From NCBI GenBank assembly GCA_030704615.1, contig CM060731.1:74152001-74216000 (forward strand): a stretch of 64,000 nt of DNA. The letters run 5' to 3'. A model generated the notes under the pieces. It was given only the letters and a program-made list of their open reading frames with translations, was not told where the DNA came from and did not search any database. A program made the translations under genes and the position numbers. This DNA is from Takakia lepidozioides. Lineage: Eukaryota > Plantae > Bryophyta. Below are positions 61,015 through 64,000 of this stretch, piece after piece; the first letter of the stretch is position 1, and each line of letters opens with the position of its first letter.

Positions 61015-64000
61015 CTTTCATTTCATTTCTCTTTCGTTTCTATAGTGTCTCTCTATCTCTTACAGCCCAATTGCTTGTCTACGCCACTCTCTCCATCTCT
61101 TCTATGGGCATTGGAAAGGTTCAGGTTGGGATCCCAGCCTGAGGATGGAAACTGGTAGATGATGGGTTAATCTGCAGTGTTTGCTTGTACCCAACTTGTG
61201 CCAGGGAAGACAGCAGGGGATTGGGGCTAAGGAACATTTCTTCTTCCACTATCCACTCTAATATGAAATCAGGGCCTGCTACTACAACCTGTTAAGAGAC
61301 AGCCAATCCTTTACAGTGGTCTTTGTTTCATCATGAGGATCAGTTATACCTGGCTGCATATCTCTCTCAACCTTTGGGAATCTCCTGATTCCGAACAGTG
61401 GTTTTTCAGCTGCTTGTAGAGGGCCCCCGACTTTCTTGTTTCTTGCTTTTTTTTATCCAAAAAGCTTTCCAGCTGCCTGTGCACACTATGAAGCAGAGGG
61501 ATCAACTCTGAAGTAAACAAAACCATTTGCCGCATTGTTAGGCATACCTTGGAGCACGAATCTGCAGTGTGGGTTGATAAGCAGGCTGTCTCTAGAATCC
61601 ATTCACGTGGGGTTGCTCATCAGCAGCATTATGTTAGAGATTATTGACATATTATTGACTGACAGTATATATATATATTTAAAAATAAATCAAACAGGGG
61701 GACAGGCGCCCTGGAAAATATATTAAGAAAAGTAGAAAAAATAACCAACTCAGGGGCCATGAAGGCTTAGAGCGGGGATACCACCTCGTGACCCAGAACC
61801 GATGAACAAAAGTGATTGTTTTTGCAAAGAAAGCAAAGCTGCAGAGTAAGCAGGCGGCCAATGTGCTGCCAAAGTGCCAGAGTAGTAGTGAAGTAAGTAT
61901 CTTATGCTGCACTACCAGGGGGGAGGGAACAGGAGGAACAAAGGAGATGTGTTGAGAGGCAGAAAACTGGAAGGAGCAGTGTCAGAACAATGTCCAGCAG
62001 TGGCCATCTACGAAATGCAGGAACACTAAAACTTAAGCTGCGCGTTTAACTTATAATCTCTTGCACGTATGTGGCGCCGAGGACGCCTGCAGCCGGGGAT
62101 TTCCCATTGAGGGGGAACGAAGTCTTTCCATATTGTCAATAATTGTCAATATAATACGCCAAGTAATAGAAAAGGCCCGGGGGAGTTGAATGCGCCCGGG
62201 CCGGTAAGCGTATGTGACCCGCAGCCGTGCCCCCCTTAGTTTGGCGCCTCAGGCGCGGTCACCACGACGACGCCCATGTCTTGGTAGCACGCAGTCTAGA
62301 GTCCATTTTTCTGTATAACTAACATTAAATTCGGGACGTTTTTCCAATGTAGCAGCATGCAGCTCAGTGGTGCGAACTCTCTCACCTGAAAACTAAGGAT
62401 CCAGGTTCGAAATTCAACAGTTCTGCACCTGAGGTTTTTGCGCTGCTACTTCAAAAAATTTCGAAGTCCTGAGTGGATGCCCATCTTCATGCATAGTCAT
62501 ACATGTATGGAAATACATGAGAAATATAGGGTTGTGGGCCTGGTCTCAGGTTGAGATATTGTCAAATCTCGCAAATACATGAGAAATATATGGACATGCA
62601 TGTTCCCGGATAAGCTCCCAATCCTTGTAATTTTGCTACTTCGAGAAAAATTCTAAGTCCCTGCAAAAGTAGTTACATGGTGACTATACTTGGATGACCA
62701 ACTTCGAAAATAGTCATACAGGAGAAAATATATGGTCAGGCATGAATACATGAATTGTCTTCATGCACAAGTCTTGAATGGTATATATTATAATTATGTA
62801 TGACAAATATATCATACTTCAAACCATGTATTTCCATGCAGTATTAATACTTTATCTCTATGCATAAAAATTGTGAACTCACGGGTTCAATTTACAATGG
62901 ATGAGATGGTGACTATGAATCTTCATATCTATACTAATATCATTCTTTTTATTTTCAATCGTTGCAAAGTCATACATGATTTGGATGCATTGTCATATCT
63001 ATTAGCATAGTCGTACATACATGATGTCATGTCTCATTCATGCATATTTCTTGTGGCATATGTATGACAATGCATCAAACTTGTCATGTATTTTCATGCA
63101 TTATTAAAACTCTATTTCTATGCATACAAGTCATGAGGTCATGGGTTCATATAACAATGAATGAGATGATGAGTATGAGTCTTAATATCTCTACTAGTAG
63201 AATTCTTTTATTCTTATTACTTGAAAAATAAAATTACATGTGTCATACATGGCATACATGACATCTGGTATTATTTTCATGCATAGTCACACATAAGAAA
63301 TCAGTTGCATTGTCATACATACATACAGACATACGATGTGATGTGTGTCCATGCAAGACTTCTGTCTGAAGACAACTGATGTATTTCCATGCATGGCCAT
63401 TAATTTCTCATGTACGACTATGCAAGATGAGCATTTAAACTTGTATATATATATATAAAGGGGGAGTAGGGGCCCTTTTTAATCAAATTAAATGAAACAA
63501 AGGTTCACATTAAGGTGGAAGAAATAACCACCAGGGAGGCCGTAGAGGCTCATTGAGGGGGAACTTCCCCATGACCAAGCATACTAGCTAAGAGCAAATG
63601 AAGCGGAGGAGCTGGAAAAAGATGAGTGAAGCTAGTGCATGAGGAGAGATAAAGCAAGTGAGCCTAAAGAGCAAGGCTGATAAGCAGCGATAACACTGAG
63701 AACAGTTGCCTGGTGGCAAAAGTAGTACCCAAGTCTGGAGCAGGGAGAAGTTTGAGAAAAGATTCTTGAGCTACGTGCTAAAAACGCAGCTGAGTCCTAG
63801 ATTTGGCAACTCGAGGCTTCTTGTGCCTCCAGTTGAAGTCCACATCGTCCCCATCACTAGGGGATATCCCATGAATTGGGAGTGGAGACTTTCCAGTAGT
63901 ACTGCATGTTGGGAAGACAGGTAGTGCAAGGCCCATTGCAATTCCCCCCCCTGTGGTGGGGGTGGGTTGGCATTTCCTTTGTCATCAAGCACCCTTATGG
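61015..64000. repeat. Second copy of ~33585-37195: 61015-62221 direct, ~62225-64000 inverted
   Basis: Sequence match to 33585-34772 (direct), and to 35497-37195 plus 34778-34830 (rc). Confidence 0.9.

Larger units (their letters stand above)
51158..61019. repeat. Segmental duplication, right arm (inverted copy of ~15912-32575)
   Basis: Colinear; lacks the retrotransposon interior and ~18650-19160. Confidence 0.95.

Noticed and set aside
62348-62428. Possible tRNA gene (also 36990-37068, 32654-32730, 3708-3815)
   Set aside because: A/B boxes are present but there are no consistent acceptor, anticodon or T stems; treated as SINE-like

Overview
Eukaryotic, repeat-rich plant nuclear DNA. Intronless microbial-type terpene synthases, PLS-class PPR fragments, SPL7 and a chromovirus together point to a non-seed land plant, probably a bryophyte (inference). 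The core is three near-identical, intronless 439-aa MTPSL genes (31125-32444 -, 38905-40224 +, 51280-52599 +), each with a plastid transit-peptide-like N-terminus, produced by recent inverted segmental duplications. A 5-exon long-chain alcohol oxidase gene (FAO, GMC family, 42488-47223 -) lies between copies 2 and 3, making this a candidate terpenoid biosynthetic/tailoring cluster. Copy 3 differs from the other two in dense patches next to active-site motifs. The left part holds the 3' exons of a histidine acid phosphatase, broken fragments of DUF2921, PPR and At3g11960-like genes, and an SPL7 pseudogene split by an inversion. A full-length chromodomain Ty3/Gypsy element (19185-26128, TSD CCCAC) is reduced to a solo LTR at the same site in the duplicate copy (57526-58253). 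There are also LINE relics, tRNA-derived SINE-like heads and a TIR element. All calls were made by eye from the sequence and ORF track; no database searches were run, and repeat boundaries are approximate.
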